A stretch of DNA of 58,124 nucleotides, taken from the NCBI RefSeq assembly GCF_001194135.2, contig NC_068981.1, positions 126,416,514-126,474,637 of the forward strand, written 5' to 3'. The notes below the pieces were generated by a model that saw nothing but the letters and a program-made list of their open reading frames with translations, searched no databases and had not been told where the DNA came from. Both the position numbers and the translations under genes were made by a program. Position 1 is the first letter of the stretch. Every line of letters begins with the position of its first letter. Source of the stretch: Octopus bimaculoides (taxonomy: Eukaryota). Positions 1-11,399 of the stretch are shown one piece after another.

Positions 1-44
<44 letters not shown>
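1..44. repeat. (AT)n microsatellite
   Basis: Pure AT dinucleotide run at the window start. Similar (AT)n, (CA)n, (ATAC)n, (GATA)n and (GA)n runs recur throughout. Confidence 0.99.
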
Positions 45-47
<3 letters not shown>

Positions 48-829
48 TAATTACTCCACCCACTTTGATTTTGGTTGGGCAAAGTTTACTACTTTTAGGC
101 GAAGTGGAATTATAACGTTGAAAGCATTCCCTGCAAAAGCATTAGCATAGTACGAGAAGTGAACTGGATTCAATCGATAATCGAAATAAGAAAGAAACTT
201 CGATGAGTGCTTCTTAAGCGGTCACCTTAACTGTTGGCCGATAATTGAGAAATGCTGATATTTAGAATTCTGAAAGATTATCAGAAAGGAAGTTCAGTAC
301 TAATGTTTTATATAGTTAATGAATATTAGCTGAGTTTATTTACAAAGATATTAGACAGCATCAACTGCAGAGTAGGCTGAGAGAGAACAGAGTGAAACTG
401 GTTCTGATTCAATGAAAAAAATGTTAGATTCGTTAGAAGAGAGAAGAGATAACCATTCTTTACAGCCAGTCACCGAATACGTTTTGAAAATCATCTCATG
501 AAGCTGAATCATTTCTATTAATATTCTTAACTACTCCCTATGGTGCTTGTCTGTTTACTGTATCTCATAATAATAATTGCTTCATTTATGTGCGATCAGG
601 GACTATTCTTGCGTACAAAACTTGTTACAAAGGAGTTTATTGAACGTGCGGTGTACAAATATAGCTGCATATATATTCTCATATGTATGACCAAGGAGTG
701 GAACAATGACAATAAACTATATACAGAGAGAGACATATTAAAATGATTGACCAAAATAAATGCAAAGACTAGACAAATAAATGAATTCAAATACAATAGG
801 GCAACCATTAGGTCAGATCAAAACATTTC

Positions 830-1695
830 ACGGCTCCGATTATCAGCCGCTCCACCTACAGTGGTCTCGTCGATTCTGTACGTATTGACTGTCGAGCCAC
901 TACTGCGGAAGCTGGCGATGATGAGGGGCATCCCACAAGAATTGGGATGCGGGACAGGCGCATCCGCATACGCGGACGACATCACCGTCATAGTGTCTAG
1001 CCAGAAGCACATCAAGCTGGTCGGTGAGACACTGAAAGACTACGAACCGGTAACAGGAGCGAATATCAACCGGGAAAAGTCAGTGGGCTTGCGGCTCGGC
1101 ACCTGGAGAAGCAAGCTCATGCCGTCCAGCAGCGCCTCCGTCGTGGGACGCTGGACCGACGGTCCGGTCGAGTTGCTCGGGGTCTGGTTTGGTCCGGACC
1201 TCCAAACGTAGAAGAACTGGAACGAGACGAACGAGTAGGGTGGTCACTCTCGCCCGGCAATGGGCCGACAGGAAGCTGTCCCTAAAAGGTCGGGCGAAGG
1301 NNNNNNNNNNNNNNNNNNNNNNNNNNNNNNNNNNNNNNNNNNNNNNNNNNNNNNNNNNNNNNNNNNNNNNNNNNNNNNNNCGCCTGACCGTTGTGCCTTA
1401 ACCCGACCCTACCATCACCAAACTGGAACGCATTCTCTTCCGTTTCGTGTGGAAAGGATGCGTTCCGATGGTCAGGCGATCTGTTTGCTGCCAACACCCG
1501 TTAAAAGGAGGGCTGGGCATGCCGTGGTTGATGATACTCAGACACGCGCTGAGACTGTGACATCTCCGGCTCTACGTAGACGATGGTGAACAGGTGTGTT
1601 CGCCGTTTGTGAGGCGCGCTTTCCCGCACTTCGTCTCCATGACCAAACTGCAGTCGTGGATCAAAAAGAGGCCGAGGAAGGGCGAATGGCACCGC
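830..1695 (+). mobile_element. Tx1/L1-clade LINE, reverse transcriptase fragment (frameshifted, contains an 80-N gap)
   Basis: Translation shows ILYVLTVEPLLRKL...ASAYADDITVIV...GANINREKS...VELLGVWFGPDLQ, then TKLERILFRFVWKG...LKGGLGMPWL. These are RT motifs (YADD) and the thumb typical of Tx1/L1. The tract is GC-rich against an AT-rich background. Confidence 0.9.
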
Positions 1696-2396
1696 AACAG
1701 TCTAAAAATTTACCATAAAGTAATTTAAGAGAAAAAGGAAATATACACAAATGAATCGTTGCTTGAGAATAAGGAATATTCACTCTAAATTTATTCCAGG
1801 TAAGATTTGGCTTGCACGCAATGAAAATACATCACACAACAGATGATGGTGATAATAAGCTAACTTTGATAAAAAGTCAAAACAAAAAGTCTGGAAAATG
1901 AATTAACATGTCCGAGGGAAAATAAGATATAATACAGCATTAACACATGATGTATGATATATATACAAACTATAAATGTGCCCTCTTCTTGCCACTATAA
2001 CAAATCCTCCAGAACTCGAATAGTAAAAATTTCAATCAATAAGAAATTTACGCACCCAATTAAACAAAACAGAAAAATATCAGAGATCTCAATAAAATGC
2101 TTTTGTTTCGAAAAAAAGAAATTTAACTGTCACATTAGTCAACCTCCTCTAACCTTCACATTTTCGATGAAGTGGCCATATTGTACATTTAATGGAACTA
2201 ATTGCAACACTTTTCCTGCACACTCTGTATGACTTCCATGTTCTTTCCATTCCAACACATGCTTTACGATTTGCTGTTATTTTACTCGTTCTAGTATTCA
2301 CTCTTTCGTCAATACATTCTTCTACCGATCTATCTTTTTCACTCCATTCATACTATCTGCTATTAACACTAGTTTGCATTTAGCAACTCCTATGAT

Positions 2397-2720
2397 GGAG
2401 ACACATAGCTCAGTGGTTAGAGCATCGCTCTCACAACCAGTTCGATTCCTGGACCGGGCTGTGTTGTGTTCTTGAGCAAGACACTTTATTTCACGTTGTT
2501 CCAGTTCACTCGGTTGTAGTAATGAGTTGCGACGTCACTGGTACCAAGCTGTATCAGCCATTGCCGTTTCCTTGGACAACATCAGTAGCGTGGAGAGGTG
2601 AGACCGGTATGTATGGGTGACTCCTGGTTTTCCATAAACAACCTTGTCCAGACTTGTGCCTTGGAGGGAAACTTTCTGGGTGCAATCCCATGGTCAATCA
2701 TGACTGAAGGGGGTCTTTAT
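2397..2720 (+). mobile_element. tRNA-derived SINE (family A)
   Basis: A-box TAGCTCAGTGG and B-box GTTCGATTCC, followed by the core TTCTTGAGCAAGACACTTTATTTCAC and about 250 bp of body. Confidence 0.8.
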
Positions 2721-2744
2721 GTTAAACCCTCCTTTTTATGATCA

Positions 2745-3090
2745 GGGTCAGTATCACTATCACATCAGAAAATAATAGTAGGCTCAATACTGACTATTGA
2801 TGCACTCCACCTTCACTTGAAACTCATAATTGTTCACGTTCTCCATCTTTACGATAATGCGCACTCTCTAATATACTGATACCACTGTGCTAACCAGCCA
2901 TTCTGCCACTCCTGACTCTTTCATTGAGTCAGTGGAAACCTTTCTATATGTAAGCCAAATCAATAAATTCAAGAAACAACTTCTTGTCCTTGTACTATTT
3001 CTGCATAACTACTTTGCAATAAAAATTACTTCACCGATGTCGTTCCTATTCTCAGCATATATTAATGAACTTAATACAGGAATTTTGTCT
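2745..3090 (-). mobile_element. Degenerate RTE-type LINE RT fragment
   Basis: Minus-strand translation gives ESGVAEWLVSTVVSVY*...EFQVKVGVHQ*SVLSLLLF, matching the GVHQGSVLSPLLF RT motif region. Confidence 0.7.
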
Positions 3091-5057
3091 TTGCAAAATT
3101 AAAGTGTAATATACAGCAATAAAAACACAATATGAACGCAAGAAGAGGCAAATATCGAGAAAGAGGGGGGGGGGGAGAACGAAGTATAAGATGCAATGTA
3201 TGTGTATGTTATGTATGAGAAACACGCTTCGTCTCGCAGTGAAAATTGATATGAAATAATTAATCGTAAAAGGAAACAACCTAGAACCGGGTAAAGCAAT
3301 GAATTTTTTGGCATCAACCATTGTAGAATAATTTTTATGACATAAACCTGTTATTTGCAAGATAAATGTTTGTAAATTACTTAAATATTCTAGTTAATAT
3401 ACAACATAAAGTGATAAATGCGATTACTGATTCGAAACGACTCTTTTTTTAAAAAACAGGTTTGAGAATAGAAATAGGCTGTTAAAATCATAAAAATAAA
3501 TTTACTGAACCAATTCTTTTAAAAGTTATAATGTCGAAAAGTCAATTCAATATAATTCAGTTTACCTTCAGAAAAATATAACAAAAAGGACATACGCTTT
3601 TGATCTTTTATTTGTTTCAGTTAGTGGTTAGCGTCCATACGTCAGGATCGCATTTAAAGCTTTTTAGTTGATCTTATCGGCCCCAGTAATTATTACTTGA
3701 AAATACTGCTTTTATCATTGACTTTACAATGAATCCCATGTAATATTCATTGGCTAAAAAAATTCCTAACGAATAACTGAAGAAAAAATTTTAAACACAA
3801 TCCCGAATACTCTTTCTTATATAGACATTTAAACATGCTTATGACAATCAAAGATGCATCTGTAGCAAATAACAAATTAAAAAAATATTAAGTCGTCTTA
3901 TATCTTTTTAAAATATCCTACTGATGATATAATTCGAAATAGTATTTTAGGTTGTAAAGTTTGCACCTTATGCATTTTTTTTTTCTGTTCAAGCAACAAA
4001 TTTTGCTACCAGTCCATTTAGTCATGATTAGATATGTCGCTTGACTTAAAAGCTTCGCTGCAGAATATAGAATGAACTGCTACGATCCTTACCTGTTACT
4101 ATCGTTAATACCTTATTTCTAACACCGTTTCTGCCTCACCTGGAGCCAGATAAATTTTTGAAACATAATCTCAGAAGCAGAGTTCAGTTTGCGCCCATTC
4201 TTGGAGTTATCCAATTTGTTTTCTCCTGCCTTCATAGACACCTCCTTTTCTTTTTTCATTCTTCTTTCTGATTGCCACTCCCTGCTCATCAACGATATAC
4301 AAAACAGCAGCTGCCGCAGCCTTGCTGTGGATCCGGGGTAAAAGCTATCAAAGGAATGCGTACAGCTATCTCACCATTTTTCTTTCTTTAGATTTAAAAT
4401 CTGCATAATGAAGTAGAATTACAACGTGGATGACATGTGCATGACACGTTAAACATGTATAAACTATCACTGGCATACGTAAATATACGAACATGAATAA
4501 TTTATATAAAACCTTTTCTATTTTGTAAACTTTTGCAGACTGATTCATTTCAGTATGATAAGACAACTATACAGGTACGTGCTACCAACATTTACACATC
4601 ATTCGTAAAAATACATTCACACACAAACATATGCCTTTAAACGCAACATAAGTGTATGTATGAGTGCATATATGTCTACGTATATATCTGCATACTCACA
4701 TAGTGCAGTTTCAGATACACACCACGCGTATATCTCTGAACATGTAGGTGCAAATCTGTCTCACTCATACATATAACATGCATATGTACATGTATGCATA
4801 AATACCTACATGCATATGTGAGCGTTTATGTATGTATATATATATATATACATATATATATCATTACTCATGTTCTCATACTGAATATATTCGACGCAGT
4901 AAATATTTTCTGCGGATATATTCCTGGAATTAGCGCGCCAAAACGAAGACTTTTGAATTTTACCATTAAGCTGTAATTAGCAGAACCATATGCACGCACA
5001 CACATGGCGGTGGGCAACTATGTATACGATTCTGATAATTGCTGTTACATTACAAAT

Positions 5058-5116
5058 CAGGCTGATGAGGAATAGACAAATGGTAAGAATTTGTTAAATC
5101 CGAAACCTGGTTCCTG
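5058..5116 (+). ncRNA. Type I hammerhead ribozyme motif with intact core
   Basis: Stem I is CAGG(5058-61)/CCTG(5113-16) and the core CTGATGA is at 5062-68. Stem II is GGA/TCC plus GACAAAT/ATTTGTT. GAAA is at 5102-05, helix III is palindromic ACC-T-GGT, and the cleavage triplet is GUU. Confidence 0.75.
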
Positions 5117-5467
5117 TTTAATAATGATTTTTTTAGGTGATTTTAAATGTCTTGCCCGCTCACGTTTTTGGTATGCTGCTATATTTCATGTTGAGAACTT
5201 TTTAGGTCTTAATAGACACAAGATGTGGTCGACATTATTTTTTAAAATATATATATANNNNNNNNNNNNNNNNNNNNNNNNNNNNNNNNNNNTATATCAA
5301 TTAGAAAATGGAAGAGAATATGTGGTACCCATTGACTTGCAGACAGTGTATTCCGTTGAGTTAATTAACTTATTTTGTAACTAAAATGACAAATACAAAA
5401 CCATCTTATTTGAGAAGTGTTCGGAAGTAAGATTACCCAAAGTTGGTAGCGACCCGTTTTGCAGAGG

Positions 5468-5522
<55 letters not shown>

Positions 5523-5842
5523 TGGTGGCACGCTCCATCAATGTGTTAGGAGCTTCATCACTTATTAACAGCCGTTCCATGTAGATATCCCATATGAGGT
5601 GGTGCTATCCCCAGAGATTCAATATTCTTCATGCTGTTAAAACGCCATTCCTAGATAGAGTAAGAGGCACCGAGAGCTGGGTTTTTAGCTGTTCGATACC
5701 AAAATCTTCGAGAAATATTTTCGGTACATCCTTGTTTAGAATGTCGGGTTTGTTTAGTTGTTTAGAATGTCGGGTTCTTTCCTAGAGAACACCATATATA
5801 TATGCGAGAGAGCAGGAGTGACAGTGGGAGAGACTCATAGAT

Positions 5843-5885
<43 letters not shown>

Positions 5886-6576
5886 GATAGATAGAGGGGA
5901 GGGGAGAAAGAGAAGGGAGAGAAAGAGGAAAATGGTTCTGAGGCGTATTTGCAGTGTGTTCTGTGATTACCAATTATCTTGGTGGTGATAGATTGACCAT
6001 CATTATCTTTCTTTGTCTTAATTATGTTTCAATTACAAATGAGAGGTCTGATGTCATATATGAAACCGAGTTAGGGGAGCTTCTCCACTTATTTTAGTGT
6101 TGTTAGTGATCGTAAATTGACAATTAGTAACACACGGTTACTATTTTCTGACAAAGCTTTTGGACCTTTGTTATTGCATTAAATGAGAGCAAAGAAGTCT
6201 CTATCATTAGTGGTGACACACTGGCATGTTTGATCGCTTTAAACACAAAATATATCCGTAAAGAATTATGGCAAGGACATAACCTTAATTATTTTTATAT
6301 ACTTAATCGAATACTGATCTATATTCACTTAGCATTCTTTTCTATTGCACCCCCACTTTCATCCCTCATCTGTTGACTTTTATACTTAATGTCTTTTTCT
6401 TTTCTCACATCTAAACTATTTCATTAGATTCTTACTACAAATTAAATAAAAAATTCTATTATGTTAAATTTTGCACCAATACTAAAACAGGTTTTAGGTT
6501 CGTTGTACGTGTGTTGTTTGAACACCAGAAGTTGCAATTTATCGTTCACGAAAAATTACTTTAAAGACGTATAGTG

Positions 6577-6965
6577 TTACTCTTTTATTCATTTACTTGT
6601 TTGAGTCATTTGACTGCGGCCATGCTGGAGCACCGCCTTTAGTCGAGCAAATCGACCCCAGGACTTATTCTTTGTAAGCCTAGCACTTATTCTATCGGTC
6701 TCTTTTGCCGAACCGCTAAGTTACGGGGACGTAAACACACCAGCATCGGTTGTCAAGCGATGTTGGGCGGACAAACACAGACACACAAACACACACACAT
6801 ATATATACGGGCTTCTTTCAGTTTCCCTCTACAAAATCCACTCACAAGGCTTTGGTTGGCCCGAGGCTATAGTTGAAGACACTCCCCCCAAGGTCCCATG
6901 CAGTGAGAATGAACCTGGAACCATGTGGTTGGTAAGCAAGCTACTTACCACACAGCCACTCCTGT
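6577..6965 (-). mobile_element. Full-length CORE-type tRNA-derived SINE (family B)
   Basis: The reverse strand reads GGAGTGGCTGTGTGGTAAG...GGTTCCAGGTTCA (tRNA-like head), then a core with GTGTCTTC..CTATAGCCTCGGGCC and an internal microsatellite. The tail is AAGGCGGTGCTCCAGCATGGCCGCAGTCAAATGAC with (AAGAGTA)-like repeats. Many other copies occur in the window. Confidence 0.9.
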
Positions 6966-7454
6966 GAAAATGTCTACATTATAGAGCTGCATCAATTGCA
7001 TAATCAGAATTTGATCTACTTGTGCAGCGCTGCTGCAAATCAGTAAATGGATTTTAATCTATCTGTATATACTTCAGGTTAGGAATTTCGATTTCGTTTC
7101 GGAAGTGGCTCAAATACGCGATATTGATAAGCTGCAAATACAGTAAAATGAGTATCCTCCATTCTTGTGATAAATTTCTGACGTAATTTCGTTTCGCCAA
7201 GCTCTGAACATATTCTGTTTTTTTTTTAAATTTTTTGTAACGCTTTACGTTTTTAAAGGAATTTTCTCGGACAAAAGAATCATAATTGCTGGCATTCAAC
7301 GACACACGAACGTTAAATATGTAATAATGACACTGTTAATACACACGCGCGCGTGCACACACACACACACACATTGATATGCTTTTATTGAAATATGTTG
7401 CTTTCGATTTCCCTTAACACGCGGTGCTTTGGAATTGAATATACAGCTCTGTGG

Positions 7455-7488
<34 letters not shown>

Positions 7489-7799
7489 ACGCACGTTGTG
7501 TGTGAGGGAAAGAGATATCGGAATAGTGTTCCGCATTCAAGCAACACTGATATTTAAGTACCTAGTCGGTTATCACTTTGAAACGAAAACATTGTGAGAA
7601 AGTCAAATACTTAAATGCCATCACCTGAACGGAAAATATGAGTTGTACAAGTAAAGCGATAAAACTGCTTAATCACAATGTTTTCAAATTTATACGCTAG
7701 AGTAAACCTTAGTAAATGTACTGAATAAAAGCGAGATGGAAGACTTAATGAGTCTTTCTCGTTTTCCATTTACATATTGGAATTTTAAATTTCATTGCA

Positions 7800-8942
7800 T
7801 TATACTATTTTAAAACCTTATTGGATTTTATGCTAAGAAATCTCTGAAAGATGATTTCACTATTAGTTTGAACCTGAAAGTTTTATCACTTAAAAACGTG
7901 TTTAAATGCTTAAAAGAATGGTAGTCAGTGGGTGAAAGATCAGGAGAATATGGAGGATGTGGTAAAGTTTCGGATTCCAAGTCCGTGAGTTTCTGCAGCG
8001 TCATTCTTACAGCATGTGGTTTTGCATTATCGCGGAGCAGAATTGGGCCACGCCGACTCACCAATGCAGGTCTCATTTTTTGCAAGTGAGCATGCATTTC
8101 AGCGAGTCGATTGCAGTAAAACTCTACTGTAATGCCCTGATTGGCTTCCAGAAAGCTATAATGGACAACACCAATTGCAGACCACCAGACAGTCACCATA
8201 TTTTTTTGCTGTTGCAGCTTTGACCTTGAGAAATGTTTGGGGGACTCATCACGATCGAGCCATTGACTTGATCGTTTACAGTTATCATAAAGAATCCACT
8301 TTTCGTCACGAGTGACTATTCGATAAAGAAAAGGATCGTTGGTGCTTCGCAGAAAGAGCATCGAGCACACTTCAAAACGCCGAACGTTTTTTGATTTTCA
8401 TTGAGCTCATGCGGTACCCATTTATCGAGCTTTTTCACCTTATCAATCTTCTGGAGACCGCGTGAGACCGTTGCAATACCGACACCGAGTGCCTGAGACA
8501 TTTCTCTGACACTTTGACGCAGGTTTTGTCTAACAATTGCTCTCAGTTGTCCATTGTTAAGACTGCATGACTGTCCTCTACTTTCTTCATTTTCAAGACT
8601 CTCATCACCACTACGGAATTTCTGAAACCACCTTCGTACTGTGCGATTACTTGTGGACCCCTCTCCCCATGCTCTGTTAATATTGGCAGCAATTTGGGAG
8701 GCACTGTGCCCAAACTTGAACTCATGCTAGAAAAGTAAGCGAAGGTCCTTTTTTGTCATGTTCATAATTAAGGGCGCCTATGCTTCAAGAATGTCTTCTG
8801 TCTGAAATAAGTAGAAAATTATTAAAGAGCACACATCAATTATTAAGTATGTCGAAATTCACCTAAAATATAACTAAAATACTATGACAAAATTGTGTTT
8901 CAAAACACACATAGAGCGGCTAATATTTTCGGAACAGCCTAA
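7800..8942 (-). mobile_element. Mariner transposon, cecropia (Hsmar1-like) subfamily, defective transposase about 8759 to 7810
   Basis: Motifs KKLDKWVPHEL, WILYDN, DNAKPH and HPPYSPDLSPTDYH (D,D34D), with frameshifts and stops. A candidate terminal repeat TTAGGCTGTTCCGAAAAT (reverse complement) ends at 8942 next to TA. The other TIR was not found. Confidence 0.92.
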
Positions 8943-8957
8943 ATATATATATATATA

Positions 8958-9589
8958 TTAAATTCAAATTACGATAAACTTGAACAAACAAACGAAGTTT
9001 GCTTTTAGAAGCGTTGAGATGTCTTAGAAAGTTAAAGAAGTGATTTTAAATTGTCAAACGCAGGATAATGCTAATAATATAGCCTGAACAGGATAAACTA
9101 TCCCTATTTTGCAGAAAAAAGTGTGGGCGGCTAGCCATGAAACTCGAACTCACACCTCCGTGATTACGCGTGGCGGTGCTCTCGACCATTTAAGCTAAAC
9201 TGCTCAGCACCCACACTTTTTTCTGCAAAATAGGGATAGTTTATCCTGTTCAGGCTATATTGTTAGCATTATCCTGCGTTTTAGAATTTAAAATCACTTC
9301 TTTAACTTTCTAAGACATCTCAACGCTTCTAAAAGCAGACTTCGTTTGTTTGTTTACGTTTATCGTAATTTGAATTTAACATATGATAGCGTCTCATAAA
9401 GCGAGATTTCTTTACATCTTAAATTTGCAGAGAAACTTGTGGCTTGGCAGTTTAGCTAAAATGGTCGTTAGCACCGCAACGCGTAATCACGGAGGTGTGA
9501 GTTCGAGTCTCATGGCTGGCCGCCCACACTTTTTTCTGCAAAATAGGGGTAGTTTATCCTGTTCAGGCTATATTATTTGCATTATCCTG

Positions 9590-9590
<1 letters not shown>
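8958..9590. repeat. Palindromic element: 170-bp inverted arms (8958-9127 / 9210-9379) around a tRNA-like spacer, plus a second tRNA-like head with a partial arm (9442-9590)
   Basis: The arms differ at 6 of 170 positions by manual alignment. The spacer 9128-9209 is the reverse complement of 9442-9522. (AT)n flanks both ends. Confidence 0.95.
9446..9520 (+). pseudogene. tRNA-like sequence (Thr-CGT-like layout); a second copy lies on the minus strand at 9130-9205
   Basis: A-box TAGCTAAAATGG, anticodon-like arm CCG..CGTAATCACGG, T-arm GTGAG-TTCGAGT-CTCAT and acceptor GGCAGTT/GGCTGGC, followed by CCCACAC and T6. The isotype assignment is inference. Confidence 0.6.
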
Positions 9591-9625
<35 letters not shown>

Positions 9626-9729
9626 TATGTTATGTATGCATATACATATACACACATGTTAATGTGCATGGCTATGTCAGTGTGCGCGTGTGTATACTTG
9701 CGTTTGCGTGTGCGCTTGTGTGTGCATGT

Positions 9730-9760
<31 letters not shown>

Positions 9761-9770
9761 NNNNNNNNNN

Positions 9771-9808
<38 letters not shown>

Positions 9809-10300
9809 ATATGTGTATGTCTATGTGTGAGTATGCGTGTGTATGTATGGATATATATGCAGCTGTTGTAGTTAATCGCTGGCTGTCGTGACTACTTTCA
9901 TAGTCATGCATATCCGCCCCGAAGGTAAGCATTTGCTAGAAGATTGAAGGTGTGTCTGGAACAATGTTTTTGCGGGAGGTAAGTTGCAAATGTTTCTCAA
10001 CAAGAAGAACAAGTCTAAAGGGTGTAATGCATGTTGTTTGTTGTGGTTAGCCAAAAGATGTTGAAGATGCCAAGTAAATATTTGCCCTCAGTATTGCTAC
10101 GTGGTAGGGTTCTCTTCCTTAGTTCTTGGCTCTAACGAGAGCTAAAACAGTGGGGCAGTTGTGTAACTACGCATGATAGGGATGTTTAACTCCCTTATAA
10201 TTAACATACCTGCATACCTACCTACACATGTATGTATGTATGTATGTATGTATGTATGTATGTATGTGTGTGTGTATGTATCTATGTATGCATGTTTAAT

Positions 10301-10340
<40 letters not shown>

Positions 10341-10451
10341 GCCCACTCACTTCTGTCTGTCTGTCTCTCTGTCATTCTCCCTCTCTCCCCATCTCTCTCT
10401 CCCTTCCTCCCTTCCTCTCTAATTCACTCCCTTCTTCCCTCCTCTCCCTGT

Positions 10452-10508
<57 letters not shown>

Positions 10509-10511
<3 letters not shown>

Positions 10512-10595
10512 AAGGTGTGTGGCCTAATGGTTAGGATTTTAAACTGATGATCGTAAGATCGTAGTTTCAATTCACATCGCTCCGGTTCACTCAGC
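10509..10595 (+). mobile_element. Truncated tRNA-SINE head (family A-like)
   Basis: TGGCCTAATGGTTAGG...GTTTCAATTC...GCTCCGGTTCACTCAGC resembles the copy at 2397. Confidence 0.55.
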
Positions 10596-10639
10596 AAAAA
10601 ATCTCAACCGACAACAGCTGGCGGTGAATCCTGCAGTAG

Positions 10640-11045
10640 GTGTATAGGTGACCGAAACTACAAACTCCTTCGTTTTGTAGTGTATGGAGAGGAGGGTATG
10701 AACCGCACACAAGTGGACCAGTGGTTCAGACATTTCCAAATGGCCAAGGAATTTCGATATTGACGAGTGTTCTGGGAGACCCGCAACCAACAGAACTGAG
10801 AAAAATATCACAAATGTGCATGTAGCTGTGAGGGGAAATCGTAGAATCACCATCCGTGAGTTATCAGAGGCTGTGCAGATTAGTTACGGTTCAGTTCAGT
10901 CCATTATTACTGAAGACTTGGGTATGAGACGCGTGTCTGTCAAGTTTGTGCCAAAACTGCTTTCAGCTGACCAAAAAGACACTCGGGTTTCAGTTGTACA
11001 AGATCTCCTTGATTGTGTTGAGAACGATCAAAACTTTCTGGTAAC
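10640..11045 (+). mobile_element. Mariner (irritans-like) transposase N-terminal fragment
   Basis: NRRITIRELSEAVQISYGSVQSIITEDLGMRRVSVKFVPKLLSADQK, a helix-turn-helix plus the WVP/FVP linker. Confidence 0.85.
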
Positions 11046-11399
11046 TTTGCATAGGCCTCTGAGCATGTATCGCGAAGCTTTATTCTCTGCTCAACTTTCT
11101 CTGTCATGGTTAATGCTCAACGATCTCTGTCATAGTCAACGCTACACACGTGTCTTCCAAGCACTGCGGAAGTGAGCTACAACGTTAAAACTTAGTGCGC
11201 ATGCACAACAGAGTTCAAGATCAATCTGTGCCAAACGGCTTCCCTCTCCGTGCTTTAGCTTTGTAACCACACAGCAATGCCAAATAATATCATAAGCACT
11301 GGGACTGTAAAATACGAAGACAGACGTAACATATCCACCAAAAACGAAGTAAACAACGAAATACAACAAACCCAGACCGTAGGAATGTATAATGATGAA

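Noticed and set aside
49-750. Protein-like short frames (e.g. AEREQSETGSDSMKKMLDSLEERRDNHSL...)
   Set aside because: No recognisable family, frequent stops and no convincing splice pair.
2397-2455. tRNA gene calls for SINE heads (also 29999-30072, 43440-43511, 49575-49640)
   Set aside because: The heads continue into SINE bodies and have broken cloverleaf arms, so they are not functional tRNA genes.
3918-3950. CTGATGA...GAAA hammerhead-like words; similar at 40870, 44205 and 31285-31320
   Set aside because: No valid stem II and/or stem I pairing.
9900-9990. Two consensus donors (GAAG|GTAAGC, GGAG|GTAAGT) on the plus strand
   Set aside because: No clear acceptor or recognisable reading frame, and such motifs occur by chance in 58 kb.
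9383-10547. YIYI/THTH/MYVC-rich ORFs here and at 14140-15093, 46887-47901 and 55196-56612
   Set aside because: These are translations of (AT)n, (CA)n and (ATGT)n microsatellites.
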